Origin: Candidatus Fermentibacteraceae bacterium
Lineage (GTDB): Bacteria; Fermentibacterota; Fermentibacteria; Fermentibacterales; JCC-6
Length of the DNA stretch: 64,000 nt
NCBI GenBank assembly: GCA_016744855.1
Contig: JADGDO010000017.1
Location: 572-64,571, forward strand
Reading direction: 5' to 3'
Shown piece by piece: positions 35,733-45,548 of the stretch (position 1 is its first letter; each line of letters starts with the position of its first letter). Below the pieces are notes generated by a model, which was not told the DNA's origin, did no database searches, and was given only the letters and a program-made list of their open reading frames with translations. The position numbers and the translations under genes were made by a program.

Positions 35733-38700
35733 TTATTCCTGCTCCAGTACTTTTCTTACTTTAACCTTCAGATCTTTAACTGAAAACGGTTTCTGGATGA
35801 AATTCACTCCGGCATCAAGAACACCATGATGAGCAATTACGTTAGCTGTGTAACCCGACATAAAAAGACGCTTGAGATTGGGGAATTGATTCAAGAGGTT
35901 CCTGGCCAGGTCACGTCCGTTCATCTCGGGCATGACTACGTCGGTGATCAGCAATTGGATTTTACCATCGTAAGAATGAGCAATATCAATTGCATCCCGC
36001 GGCGAGTTAGCAGGTACCACAGTATAACCCATCTTCTCCAGCATCATTGTGGTCATCCTCAGGATTGATGGCTCATCTTCTACCAGGAGAATTGTTTCAG
36101 CGCCACCCTCGACCGGCTTATCCGGCTCATCGATCTTCAATGGAGCAGCATCGCTCAAGTGACGCGGTAGATAGATTTTAAAAGTCGTTCCGTGACTTGT
36201 CTCACTGTAGATGTTGATAAAGCCCAAGTTTTGCTTAACAGAGCCGTAGACAGTTGCCAAACCAAGGCCTGTGCCCGATTCTTTGGTTGTAAAGAACGGT
36301 TCAAAAACATTGTTAAGTGTATCCAGATCCATTCCCTTGCCGTCATCACTCACTGCCAGCATCACGTATTCTCCGGGCGTGTAGCCCGCATGATTGGTGC
36401 AATAGGCGTCATCGAAAGTGCTGTTGCCCGTTTCGATGGTAACCTTGCCCACATCGTCAATAGCGTCTCGAGCGTTGACGCACAGGTTGGCAAGAATCTG
36501 GTCTATCTGGCTAGGGTCGATTTTGACCGGCCACAGCTTATCGTTCGGTACCAATATCAGATCGACATCTTCGCCTATTAACCGCTGAAGCATTTTGGTC
36601 ATGTTTTCAACTGTTTTGTTTAAATCAAGCACTTGTGGAAGTACTGTTTGTTTACGGGCAAATGCCAGTAATTGCCTGGTCAGGTCGGCAGAGCGTTCAC
36701 CAGCTCTCCTGATTTCAGTAAGCTCTTCGTAAAATGGCTGATCAGGGCTTATTCGCTGCAGGAGCATATCAGTATGACCAATGATAACTCCCAGCATATT
36801 GTTGAAATCGTGTGCTACACCACCTGCTAGTCGACCAATAGAATCCATTTTCTGAGCTTGTCGAAGCTGATTTTCGAGCTCTTCTTTCTCATCTTCAGCC
36901 CGTTTGTGCGCGGTAATATCATCTACGAATGCAGTCCCGAATCTGACTCTTCCGTCATCGTCCAAAATCCCAATAGCGTTGACGGCCACATCAATCTGTA
37001 AGCCGTCCTTGCGGATATATCGTTTCTCCATGTAAAAGCTTTTTGCTTCCAAAGAAAACATTGACTGGAAAAGCTTCTTATTCTTGGGCCGATCATTCGG
37101 ATGTGTCACATCAAAAAAGGAAAGACTACTAAGTTCTTCTTTGGAATAACCCAGCATCCGTTCATATGCCAGGTTTGTCATTAAAAAGTTACCAAGTGGG
37201 TCAACAGTGCATATCCCAAGAGGAGACGTATTGATGATGAGATTTAATTTTTCTTCGCTTTCTTGCAGCGCTTTTTCTACTTTTTTGCCCTCGGTAATGT
37301 CCATTGTAGATCCAAAAATGTGTAATTTTCCATCTTTTTCAAAACATCTGCCTTTTGAATTGAACCAGGCTGTTTGACCATTTTCCTTCAACACCTCGAA
37401 ATCAAGATTGATTACTTTGCCGGGTGATTCAATTGCTTCTCTAAAAGCGGCATTTACTTGTTCCATGTAACTTGGTTTGATATGGCTTAAATGCGTATCC
37501 CAAGCTTTTGCTGATCCATCAGCAGGTAATCCCAACAACTCATTGAATACAGGAGAAGTATATTGGTTTTCAAAAGATCCGTCTTCACCAATATCCGCTT
37601 TCCAAACAGCTGATGTAATACTGGAGACAACCTGTTGGAAGTTCTCGTTGCTTTCACGGAGTGCTCCTGCAGCATGTTTACGCTCAGTAATGTCTTCTAT
37701 GACTGAAATGAAACATTCTGGGTCGTTGTTTTTGTCTCTTACCAGACTGACAGTGAGATTGATCCAGACCAAATCGCCACTCTTTTTCAGATAGCGTTTT
37801 TCCATGGAGTAGGTTTGGATCTGATCCGCAAGAAGCTGATGGAGATATGCAAGGTCCGTCCCCAAATCATCAGGATGAGTGATTTCCTGAAATGTTTTTG
37901 ATAAGAGTTCCTTGTGTGAATAGCCGACAATATCACATAGCTTTTTGTTAACATTCAACCAGGTGCCATCGGGAGCCAGACGAGCCACCCCCATCGCTGC
38001 CTGATCAAAAACACTCCGAAATCTCTTTTCACTTTCTCGCAAATCATTTTCAGCGCTATCTATTCTTCTTCCAATCACTCCGGCAATCAAATACACGACA
38101 AAGCTTGTAACTCCTATGAACAGCAGCAAGGTGGATGTCATTAGAGTCGCAGCATTTGCTTCTATAAGAGAATCTATAGCATCCTTGATTAAAATGATCA
38201 AAATGGTCAACGGAATGAAAACACGAAGGAGTCTGGCTCGGGTCGAATCCCCAGCGAAAAAACGAGTAAAGAGCTGCCTCGGACCGTTTGCCGTGATGAT
38301 TCCGATTCCTAAGAACAAAAAAGCAATAGCTGTCGTTAATGCCATCGGTACAACAGAGCCTTGGCCATAGAGGAAGGGTTGTTTGTAGATATATCCAAAA
38401 AGCATCAGGACACTGTAGAAGGTTACAAAGCCTCCGGACGCACCCACAGCAAAACCCGCCCATCGGGATTCTTTTTTGAATCTGTTTTTGAGGGCATAGA
38501 TCAAAACGCCTATTCCGGCTATAAAGAATCCAAACCCCGTCATATACGACATGATACCGACTGGAATATCTCCTATTGTATCTAGAACAGGTACGAATGA
38601 GCTTTCAAAGCTAGAGCCGGCACGAGTGAAATGCTCGCCGAATTTAAGCAGTCCAAAGAGGGAAATAAGACCGGCAGACAAGATGAATGCCGTGTGCAAA

Positions 38701-38969
38701 ATGCCGGAGACAGGTCGATATCTGTAGATGATCAAGATGACAGCAAAGAAAATGAATGAGAACGCCGTACTGGGAGCCATCGGGATATAACCTGAGTAGA
38801 TGCTTCCCAATAAACTCATACCGGGTAGATAACTAAGCAACCCTGTGACGGCTACGATAAACAAAATCGCGCAACAGGCAAGCGCGACCAAACTGAGCCG
38901 CCTGGAAAGAATACTTTCAGCTGTGTCATCAAAGTTCACGATACAACCTTTCTTGAGTCGACTTTCCAC
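35733..38969 (-). CDS. hybrid sensor histidine kinase/response regulator with polytopic N-terminal membrane domain and about 3 PAS domains
   Basis: About 300-aa multi-TM N-terminus. PAS repeats (EKRFRSVFDQAAMGV..., ITERK, ITEGK). H-box GGVAHDFNNMLGVI, HATPase GTGLGL, and receiver ILLVEDEP...ITDVVMPEMNG. Confidence 0.9.
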   Translation of the reverse strand: MESRLKKGCIVNFDDTAESILSRRLSLVALACCAILFIVAVTGLLSYLPGMSLLGSIYSGYIPMAPSTAFSFIFFAVILIIYRYRPVSGILHTAFILSAGLISLFGLLKFGEHFTRAGSSFESSFVPVLDTIGDIPVGIMSYMTGFGFFIAGIGVLIYALKNRFKKESRWAGFAVGASGGFVTFYSVLMLFGYIYKQPFLYGQGSVVPMALTTAIAFLFLGIGIITANGPRQLFTRFFAGDSTRARLLRVFIPLTILIILIKDAIDSLIEANAATLMTSTLLLFIGVTSFVVYLIAGVIGRRIDSAENDLRESEKRFRSVFDQAAMGVARLAPDGTWLNVNKKLCDIVGYSHKELLSKTFQEITHPDDLGTDLAYLHQLLADQIQTYSMEKRYLKKSGDLVWINLTVSLVRDKNNDPECFISVIEDITERKHAAGALRESNENFQQVVSSITSAVWKADIGEDGSFENQYTSPVFNELLGLPADGSAKAWDTHLSHIKPSYMEQVNAAFREAIESPGKVINLDFEVLKENGQTAWFNSKGRCFEKDGKLHIFGSTMDITEGKKVEKALQESEEKLNLIINTSPLGICTVDPLGNFLMTNLAYERMLGYSKEELSSLSFFDVTHPNDRPKNKKLFQSMFSLEAKSFYMEKRYIRKDGLQIDVAVNAIGILDDDGRVRFGTAFVDDITAHKRAEDEKEELENQLRQAQKMDSIGRLAGGVAHDFNNMLGVIIGHTDMLLQRISPDQPFYEELTEIRRAGERSADLTRQLLAFARKQTVLPQVLDLNKTVENMTKMLQRLIGEDVDLILVPNDKLWPVKIDPSQIDQILANLCVNARDAIDDVGKVTIETGNSTFDDAYCTNHAGYTPGEYVMLAVSDDGKGMDLDTLNNVFEPFFTTKESGTGLGLATVYGSVKQNLGFINIYSETSHGTTFKIYLPRHLSDAAPLKIDEPDKPVEGGAETILLVEDEPSILRMTTMMLEKMGYTVVPANSPRDAIDIAHSYDGKIQLLITDVVMPEMNGRDLARNLLNQFPNLKRLFMSGYTANVIAHHGVLDAGVNFIQKPFSVKDLKVKVRKVLEQE

Positions 38970-39168
38970 TCTGCTGGTTATTTATCTTCTACTTCCCTTT
39001 CTCTACCTGTCGTATACTGAGCATACTCGCTAAAGGTAACGTAATCAAGCGATACCTGATTAGGGAGAATAGCATGACTGCATATCGGAAGAGATTGATT
39101 GTCTGTGAGTATAGAAATGCTATGACAATCCTGTTGTTGCTGTGGTAAGATAAACTAAGCAGGTTTGG

Positions 39169-40893
39169 TTATTCTATTTTCTCAGAATTGTGCTGGGCAT
39201 TAAGATTATCAGAAATATCATCGCAGTAAGATTGAAAGACCTGAATGAATTCATCTTCACCGGGAGTCGCTCTTACTTCAAGATAATCATGGATTATTTT
39301 TCCACCCCTGCGGTAATCCTTCATCCTTGAGGAAATCGTCGTTTCTCTGGCATATTGAAGAAGATCAAGCATTTCACCGGTTTCACTTGCGTTGAGAGTA
39401 TTTGCTTGGTACTTATTCCAGAGTTCCACAGATCTAAGGCATTTTCTATACGCTTCTATACCTGAAAGCCTGTGCTCTTCAGTCATATAATTTTTACCGA
39501 TACCGGGCATTGAGGATGATGGATTCTTTTCCAACCGTTCTCTGGCATCCCGAAGTTGATTCAATACCTCATTGGAAAACACTTCCGTATTCATGGAAGT
39601 ATGAACTGATTTTGTTCTATTTTTGTATTTCCAGATGTTCCTCAGAATTGAATAGGGATTATCTCTGAGCATCCATCCGGGGATAAGCTGGCACCAGCCC
39701 TCTGGAATGTCATGAGGTCTTTTTGCTGGAAGAGTTATGAGAGAGAAAGGGAAACTCACTTTTTGCGGTAGAGTTGTTAAGCCTGTCGCAATTATTGTAA
39801 AGGGACTCTGGCTGAAATCCGATGGGAATTTAACGGAAGTACTGAGACCGAAGAATTGCCCAGTACCTGGTCTAATTTCCTGATCAGGGAGCCTTGAGGT
39901 GTGGTTACTGCCGATGTTTGCACCGTAACCGACGTTACCCTGCCCTCCGGGCCAGAAGGCTGCTATAAGCAGCGACTGATGGTGGATGCCGGTAAGAGGC
40001 CCTACAAGAGAAGCGGTTACCTCTCCCTCGCCAAGTACACTGTCCGCTCCCAGGAAAGAATCTGTTAACTTTCCGTGTCTCTCCGCTACAGCACATTCAC
40101 CAAGAATTGAGTTCTCGATGATCGCAAAAGAATCGGCAGCAGCATTCCACTGCAGAACACTGTTTCTTACGAGTGCACCATCTTTCACAGAAGCCCCAGC
40201 CATTAGAATTGACCCTCTGACAGCTGTAGCATTGTCTACTTCTACGTCTGTCATTATCAGCGAATTATGAACAACAGAACAATTACAGACTACAGCGTTT
40301 CTGCCTATAAAACCTCTGAGCTTATCAGTGATTCTGTCTCTGACAACAATGCACCTATCAATTGTGTCACGCCCGGCACCTGACCCCAGAAAGGCTACAT
40401 CATTGTGATCAAGATGAGGAATAACTGGAACCTTTCTCTCACCGGTTTCAACTCCCGCATTGATGAACGCGCTCATTGCACCGGGGGTGGAATCCCAAAG
40501 AATGCTGCCATTGTATTCAACAGTCGAGCCCGGAAGAAGAGTCATTGATGCAATCAATCTGTTTGATCTGACTGTTACAGGCCCCTCTATTTTACAATTC
40601 TCAAATGAAGTATTCGACAGTGTTCCCTGTGGAATGTGAATAAAAACCCTTGAGGAAAAGGTGCAGTTATTGATAAGGCTTAGATCAGATTTTTCAGAAA
40701 AACTGACAAGGTTCCAGTTATCGGAACTACAACCCTGAAGTTCAAGTTTTTTAATATCATTGATGCCGGGAGGGGTAGAGTGTTCACAGATCAAATCATT
40801 GCAAGTGCAGCAAAGCTCTTCTGCAAGTTTTTCGATTCTCTCAAGATTAATCAACTCTGTTCCGCCTTTCACCCCGGGACCATGCTGCCACAT
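39169..40893 (-). CDS. DUF4954-like left-handed beta-helix protein
   Basis: 574 aa. IKKLELQGCSSDNWNLVSF N-terminal signature, hexapeptide-like repeats, and GIHHQSLLIAAFWPGGQGNVGYGANIGSNHTSR. The start overlaps the upstream dehydrogenase by 47 nt and is uncertain. Confidence 0.55.
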   Translation of the reverse strand: MWQHGPGVKGGTELINLERIEKLAEELCCTCNDLICEHSTPPGINDIKKLELQGCSSDNWNLVSFSEKSDLSLINNCTFSSRVFIHIPQGTLSNTSFENCKIEGPVTVRSNRLIASMTLLPGSTVEYNGSILWDSTPGAMSAFINAGVETGERKVPVIPHLDHNDVAFLGSGAGRDTIDRCIVVRDRITDKLRGFIGRNAVVCNCSVVHNSLIMTDVEVDNATAVRGSILMAGASVKDGALVRNSVLQWNAAADSFAIIENSILGECAVAERHGKLTDSFLGADSVLGEGEVTASLVGPLTGIHHQSLLIAAFWPGGQGNVGYGANIGSNHTSRLPDQEIRPGTGQFFGLSTSVKFPSDFSQSPFTIIATGLTTLPQKVSFPFSLITLPAKRPHDIPEGWCQLIPGWMLRDNPYSILRNIWKYKNRTKSVHTSMNTEVFSNEVLNQLRDARERLEKNPSSSMPGIGKNYMTEEHRLSGIEAYRKCLRSVELWNKYQANTLNASETGEMLDLLQYARETTISSRMKDYRRGGKIIHDYLEVRATPGEDEFIQVFQSYCDDISDNLNAQHNSEKIE

Positions 40894-41719
40894 TCTTCAG
40901 GGCTTCCACAGTTCTTCTTTCAAGAGCTTCTGTCGAATTAAACCCAATATGAGGAGTAATTGCTACTCCGGGTATTCTGTGAAGAATGTTATCAATGGGC
41001 AATGGCTCAGGGTTTGTAACATCCAATCCTGCCCCTCCCAGATAACCACTGAGAAGATGCTCCTGAAGTTTGGTCTGATCTACAAGCCCTGCACGAGCTG
41101 TATTTATCAGCACTGCTCCACGCTTCATCATTGAAAAACGTTCGGGATTCATGAACATTTCGGTATCACTATTCAGCGGTAGATGAAGAGAAACAATATC
41201 TGAGTTTTCAAGCAGATAGGACAAAGCGGTGTAACTTCCCGGAAACTCGATCTTCTCCGACCTGCTCCATCCCAGAATCCTGCATGATGCCGCTTTGAAG
41301 AGTGAGGCTGCTGCAATTCCAATTGCTCCTGTCCCGACAAAACCGACAGTTTTCCCGGAAAGCTCGGAGCCATGTTTCCTGCGCGGATCACGCAGAGAGT
41401 TGATTGCAAGTGCAAAGGCCAGTTCAGATACGCTACTTGTTGAGTAACCCGGAACATTGCTTACAGCGACCGAGTACCTGCGAACAGCATTCATATCTAC
41501 GTGATCAAATCCTGTGAAGGCAACAGAAACCAAACCCCCACTGATCCTCTCCAAAATGCTTGCATCAACCGGAGAATTTACAGTAAGCAGTGCGCTGCAG
41601 CCCTCCGGTGAACCTCCGCTTCTTATCTCCCAACCGGGGAGTTCTCTGGAAGCCACCATCAGTGTCTTCTCAGTAGAAACGCCCGGGTCCTGAAGAATCA
41701 GCAGGCATTTTACCGGCAT
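40847..41719 (-). CDS. D-isomer-specific 2-hydroxyacid dehydrogenase (NAD-binding)
   Basis: GKTVGFVGTGAIGIAAA Rossmann motif, RGAVLINTARAGLVD, and TPHIGF. Confidence 0.85.
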   Translation of the reverse strand: MPVKCLLILQDPGVSTEKTLMVASRELPGWEIRSGGSPEGCSALLTVNSPVDASILERISGGLVSVAFTGFDHVDMNAVRRYSVAVSNVPGYSTSSVSELAFALAINSLRDPRRKHGSELSGKTVGFVGTGAIGIAAASLFKAASCRILGWSRSEKIEFPGSYTALSYLLENSDIVSLHLPLNSDTEMFMNPERFSMMKRGAVLINTARAGLVDQTKLQEHLLSGYLGGAGLDVTNPEPLPIDNILHRIPGVAITPHIGFNSTEALERRTVEALKNVAAWSRGERRNRVD

Positions 41720-43131
41720 GATCGCTTCAAAATATCAATCAGGTAATCAAGGAAAGTGGCAACTGAAGAAACAACCACAGATTCTCCCGGAATATGAACA
41801 TCACTGATGTCAGGACCGAGACTTATCATATCAAGGTTTCCCACACGCTCGCCTATTATTCCGCACTCGAGACCTGCATGAATAGCCTCAACTATCGGCT
41901 CTGAACCGAAACGATCGATGAAGCATGAACGAGCTGTGTTCAGCAGTTGTGAGGAGTTATCAGGAGCCCACCCGGGATAACCGTTGCCCATTGATACGCG
42001 TGCCCCGGCAAGGCGCCCCACTGAAGCAATGCTCTCACAGAAAGCATCCTTCGCAGGATTAACCGCGCTTCTCACGCTAAGGAGAACATCCAGCTCATCA
42101 TTGTTCCATTCAACAATTGCAAGATTGCAGGAAGTTTCTACAAGCCCTTCGACCACTCCGCTCATTTTTCTTACACCGTGAGGGAGTGCCAGAAGAAGAT
42201 TTATGACTTTTGAGGATGAGTCCTCAGTAAGGCACTTATTCACAGTAACAATCTCACACTGTACAGAAATGGCACTTTCAATCCCAACGTACTCTTCCTG
42301 TAAATCCTGCTCAATTATGGAGCAGAGAGCTTGCGCTCCTGAAGGGTCTTCAACCGTTAACAGAGCTACTGCATTTCTGGGAATTGCATTGTGCTTAGTT
42401 CCACCGGTGATGCTGATTAATCTGGAATCAAGAAGTTCTTCCATCTGTCTGCAAACACGGGCAGCGAGTTGAATTGCATTCGCATTTCCTGAATTTATCT
42501 CTATACCGGAGTGACCGCCATTCAGGCCATCGATGGTGATTTTCACGGCAGGTCCGCAATAATCAATCAATTCCATGTTGAGAGCGATTCTGATATCCCT
42601 ACCGCCGGCACAGCCGATACAGATGTTTCCAAGCTCCTCTGAATCGAGGTTAATAAGTTTGCCGGCTTTAACCCACTCGGGTGGGAAATTGAGAGCACCG
42701 ACTAGTCCACGTTCCTCATCAATAGTAAAAAGACATTCCAGGGAAGGAAGTCCAGGGTAATTTCCATCTAGCAGTTCCAGCATCAGAGCAACACCAATTC
42801 CGTTGTCTGCTCCAAGAGTGGTTTCGTTAGCAACAAGTCTGTCTCCTTCAAGAACAGCATTGATAGGATCCTTCAGGAAATCGTGAGTACTGCCTGCCGC
42901 TTTCTCACCAACCATGTCCACATGAGCTTGCAGCATAACAGGATCGCCTGCTCCTGGTTTTCTGATAAAAACATTACCGGAAGAATCAAACTCAAATTGA
43001 AGATCTCTTTTTTCAGCAAAAGCCTTGAGATACTCGGAAATTGCTGCCTCGTCACCACTAGTATGAGGAATGGCACAAATATCTCTAAAAAATTTCCATA
43101 CTGGTTTATCTTTCAGTGTCTCTGGAAACAT
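41710..43131 (-). CDS. pepD: aminoacyl-histidine (Xaa-His) dipeptidase PepD, M20C family
   Basis: WKFFRDICAIPHTSGDE, LQAHVDMV, ADNGIGVA, FTIDEERG, and GGHSG. Confidence 0.9.
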   Translation of the reverse strand: MFPETLKDKPVWKFFRDICAIPHTSGDEAAISEYLKAFAEKRDLQFEFDSSGNVFIRKPGAGDPVMLQAHVDMVGEKAAGSTHDFLKDPINAVLEGDRLVANETTLGADNGIGVALMLELLDGNYPGLPSLECLFTIDEERGLVGALNFPPEWVKAGKLINLDSEELGNICIGCAGGRDIRIALNMELIDYCGPAVKITIDGLNGGHSGIEINSGNANAIQLAARVCRQMEELLDSRLISITGGTKHNAIPRNAVALLTVEDPSGAQALCSIIEQDLQEEYVGIESAISVQCEIVTVNKCLTEDSSSKVINLLLALPHGVRKMSGVVEGLVETSCNLAIVEWNNDELDVLLSVRSAVNPAKDAFCESIASVGRLAGARVSMGNGYPGWAPDNSSQLLNTARSCFIDRFGSEPIVEAIHAGLECGIIGERVGNLDMISLGPDISDVHIPGESVVVSSVATFLDYLIDILKRSCR

Positions 43132-43826
43132 TATTTCTCCTGTCTGAAGGTCTTAAGAAAGTGTTCGAAAATCACTTCCCCAGTTGGAAACCCGGGGCCC
43201 GAAGCGAGAACAGCTTCAAGATCGATGTTGTTTTTCTTAAACAGTTCAACATCTTCAGCAAAGCATTCATTGCCTCTTATCTGGTCAAATTCTGGATGAA
43301 ACTGAGTCCCAAATAATTTCATATCCTTGTTCAGAAATGCCTGAATCTCCGTGTGACTACTACTGGCTGTAACAACTGAACCTGAAGGTATTTTTATAAC
43401 GCAATCATAATGTGACTGCCACACGGCCTTCGGTCCTGATAGTGTATCATCGGGCCAAGTTGGGAGAAAATTGACTTCTCGCCACCCGATTTCAATTGAA
43501 GCGCATCTTGCTACAGCACCCAGGCCACCAGTTGCCCTAGCCAGAAGCTGATGACCATAGCAGATACCCATTTGAGGCACGCCATGTTCTATTGACTTGT
43601 TCACGAAGGCAATAGCACCCTCCATGAAAGATGCATCATCTACTATTGAGTGCGAAGAGCCTGAATGAATGACTGCACTATAATCTTCTGGAGAAACCAA
43701 CGGGAACGGTTCTCCGGCTACAACTTTTACTATAATGGAGGGAACTTTCAGCCATGAGCTGATAAGTACCCCTGATTGTCCGTCTACGGAATAGTCGAAA
43801 ACAGCAACAGGCTTATTTGTATCCAT
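43131..43826 (-). CDS. class I glutamine amidotransferase-like protein
   Basis: Nucleophile elbow GICYGHQLLA and His/Glu region FGTQFHPEF. The stop overlaps the pepD start by 1 nt. Confidence 0.85.
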   Translation of the reverse strand: MDTNKPVAVFDYSVDGQSGVLISSWLKVPSIIVKVVAGEPFPLVSPEDYSAVIHSGSSHSIVDDASFMEGAIAFVNKSIEHGVPQMGICYGHQLLARATGGLGAVARCASIEIGWREVNFLPTWPDDTLSGPKAVWQSHYDCVIKIPSGSVVTASSSHTEIQAFLNKDMKLFGTQFHPEFDQIRGNECFAEDVELFKKNNIDLEAVLASGPGFPTGEVIFEHFLKTFRQEK

Positions 43827-43955
43827 AGGGCCCCTTCTTTACTCAACGCAAAAATATAAAAACAAGCAACTCGGGACTGTAAAATAATTCACCGATAAGA
43901 CCGTTTGCAACCATGCCTCCGTTGAATTATCATTTCGCATCGAGAGGAGAGTATT

Positions 43956-44960
43956 TTGAGTAAATTCATAGCAAGACAGAACCGGTTCCCATTCTTTCGT
44001 CCTGTGCATCCAAGACGCAACTTAACTGTTCGAATGGATACCACAAACTTCTGCAACCTCAGATGTTCCATGTGCCCAATGAGGCTTTCTGATAATGATC
44101 CAAACAGAAATTGGAAACACATGAGCGATGAGATTTTTCAAAAAATCAGGAGAGAACTTTTTCCATTTGCCAGAACAGTCGGAATATCATGTGGGGCAGA
44201 ACCTCTGGCTAATCCCCGTTTTGGTCACCATCTCCAGTCTCTTTACGAGAGTGGTGTTCCCTACCGGCAAATGGTTACAAATGGAACGCTTCTTACTTCC
44301 GATATTATCAAAATGATCCTCGAATTCCCACCAACAAGTTTATTCCTCTCTATAGACGGAGCAGACCCTGAAACACACGGTGCCATAAGAGATGGCGCGG
44401 ATCTGAACTTTATTCTGGAGAAAACTGAAGAACTTGTATCCGGCCGAGGAAGCCGACTCTTTCCCATGATAGGCTTCAGCACTACTCTGCAGAAAGACAA
44501 TCTTCATCAACTGGCAGATCTTGTTCGATTGGCCCACAAAACGGGCGCTGTTTCACTGGGTGCTGTTCCCCTGGTTCCATATGAGGGGCTAAATACTCTG
44601 GACAGAGTAATCGATACAAATTCAAAAGAAGCATTAGAGGAGATAAACAGGGCTCGTGTTCTCGCTCTAGAACTTGGAATTCAGTTCCACCTTTCGAGTG
44701 AGATTTCTGATCGCGCGTCAGCACACCCTTGTTCATACTTGCAAAATACGGTGTTTATCGATCCCGATGGTTCCGTTTTCCCCTGTCCCTACTGGAATAC
44801 AGAATTCCCTGTTGGTAACATTCTTGAGGGATTTGAAAAGGTTTGGAATGGCCCCTGTTATCAGAGGTTAAGAAAAGGAGATTTCATCAGTACAGACAAT
44901 TGCCTGCAATGCCCAGAGGTAACATCGAGGAAAATTGAGGTACTGAAAGCTAGGCAGTGA
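43956..44960 (+). CDS. radical SAM protein with C-terminal Cys-rich (SPASM/twitch-like) region
   Basis: TTNFCNLRCSMCP (CxxxCxxC). C-terminal CSYLQNTVFIDPDGSVFPCPY...CLQCPE. TTG start with GAGAGGAGAG SD. Confidence 0.85.
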   Translation: MSKFIARQNRFPFFRPVHPRRNLTVRMDTTNFCNLRCSMCPMRLSDNDPNRNWKHMSDEIFQKIRRELFPFARTVGISCGAEPLANPRFGHHLQSLYESGVPYRQMVTNGTLLTSDIIKMILEFPPTSLFLSIDGADPETHGAIRDGADLNFILEKTEELVSGRGSRLFPMIGFSTTLQKDNLHQLADLVRLAHKTGAVSLGAVPLVPYEGLNTLDRVIDTNSKEALEEINRARVLALELGIQFHLSSEISDRASAHPCSYLQNTVFIDPDGSVFPCPYWNTEFPVGNILEGFEKVWNGPCYQRLRKGDFISTDNCLQCPEVTSRKIEVLKARQ

Positions 44961-45476
44961 TTAGGGGAAAGCCGTTATGCCCATGAAATTAGTAACCAAC
45001 CAACCATCGTCCTCGTATGCCAGTACTGCCTGTTGAGGTATCTCAGTTCCATTGACTGTTCGGAAAATCATATCTACCATAGCACTTCTGCCATCGAGTG
45101 TAACTGTATTTATTTCGAGTTCATAGGGTGCATACCTTGCGGTTATCATAGGGAGAGAAAGAGTTGCAGAAATGTACTCTTTTGTATCCCAGTCTTCTGC
45201 TGCTACCAGATCAACAGAGTAACCAGCACCGTTAAGTCGCCTTAGAACAGCTTCTGGATCTCTATCCAAGTTCTGTTTTATGGAAACCAGCATGACCCCT
45301 ACCTGCTCCATTGCCTGATTGGAGAAGAGATCAGAAGCAGCAGAGCCATCTCCTGTCTGAAGAGCTTGCATAAAACTGTTCACTGTGATGCGGATCAGTG
45401 AATCAGATTCAGCATCATCCCCATAGGCAAAACCAGCAAGAAGAAAAACAAGTTGCAAGCAAACCAAAAGTCTCAT
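44961..45476 (-). CDS. small secreted protein (NTF2/DUF4878-like guess)
   Basis: Signal peptide MRLLVCLQLVFLLAGFAYG. 171 aa. No catalytic motif recognised. Confidence 0.5.
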   Translation of the reverse strand: MRLLVCLQLVFLLAGFAYGDDAESDSLIRITVNSFMQALQTGDGSAASDLFSNQAMEQVGVMLVSIKQNLDRDPEAVLRRLNGAGYSVDLVAAEDWDTKEYISATLSLPMITARYAPYELEINTVTLDGRSAMVDMIFRTVNGTEIPQQAVLAYEDDGWLVTNFMGITAFP

Positions 45477-45548
45477 ATTACCCCTCTCCTCGTATTCATC
45501 CCCCTGTTTAGATAATAGGTAGAGAACCGGGTTGAAACAAGGGGGAGA

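Noticed and set aside
39074-39148. 24-aa plus-strand mini-ORF (MTAYRKRLIVCEYRNAMTILLLLW) with an AGGGAG SD in the 200-nt gap between DUF4954 and the hybrid kinase
   Set aside because: It is too short to support from sequence alone, lies opposite in orientation to both neighbours, and conservation cannot be assessed. It could be a small membrane peptide, but I do not call it.
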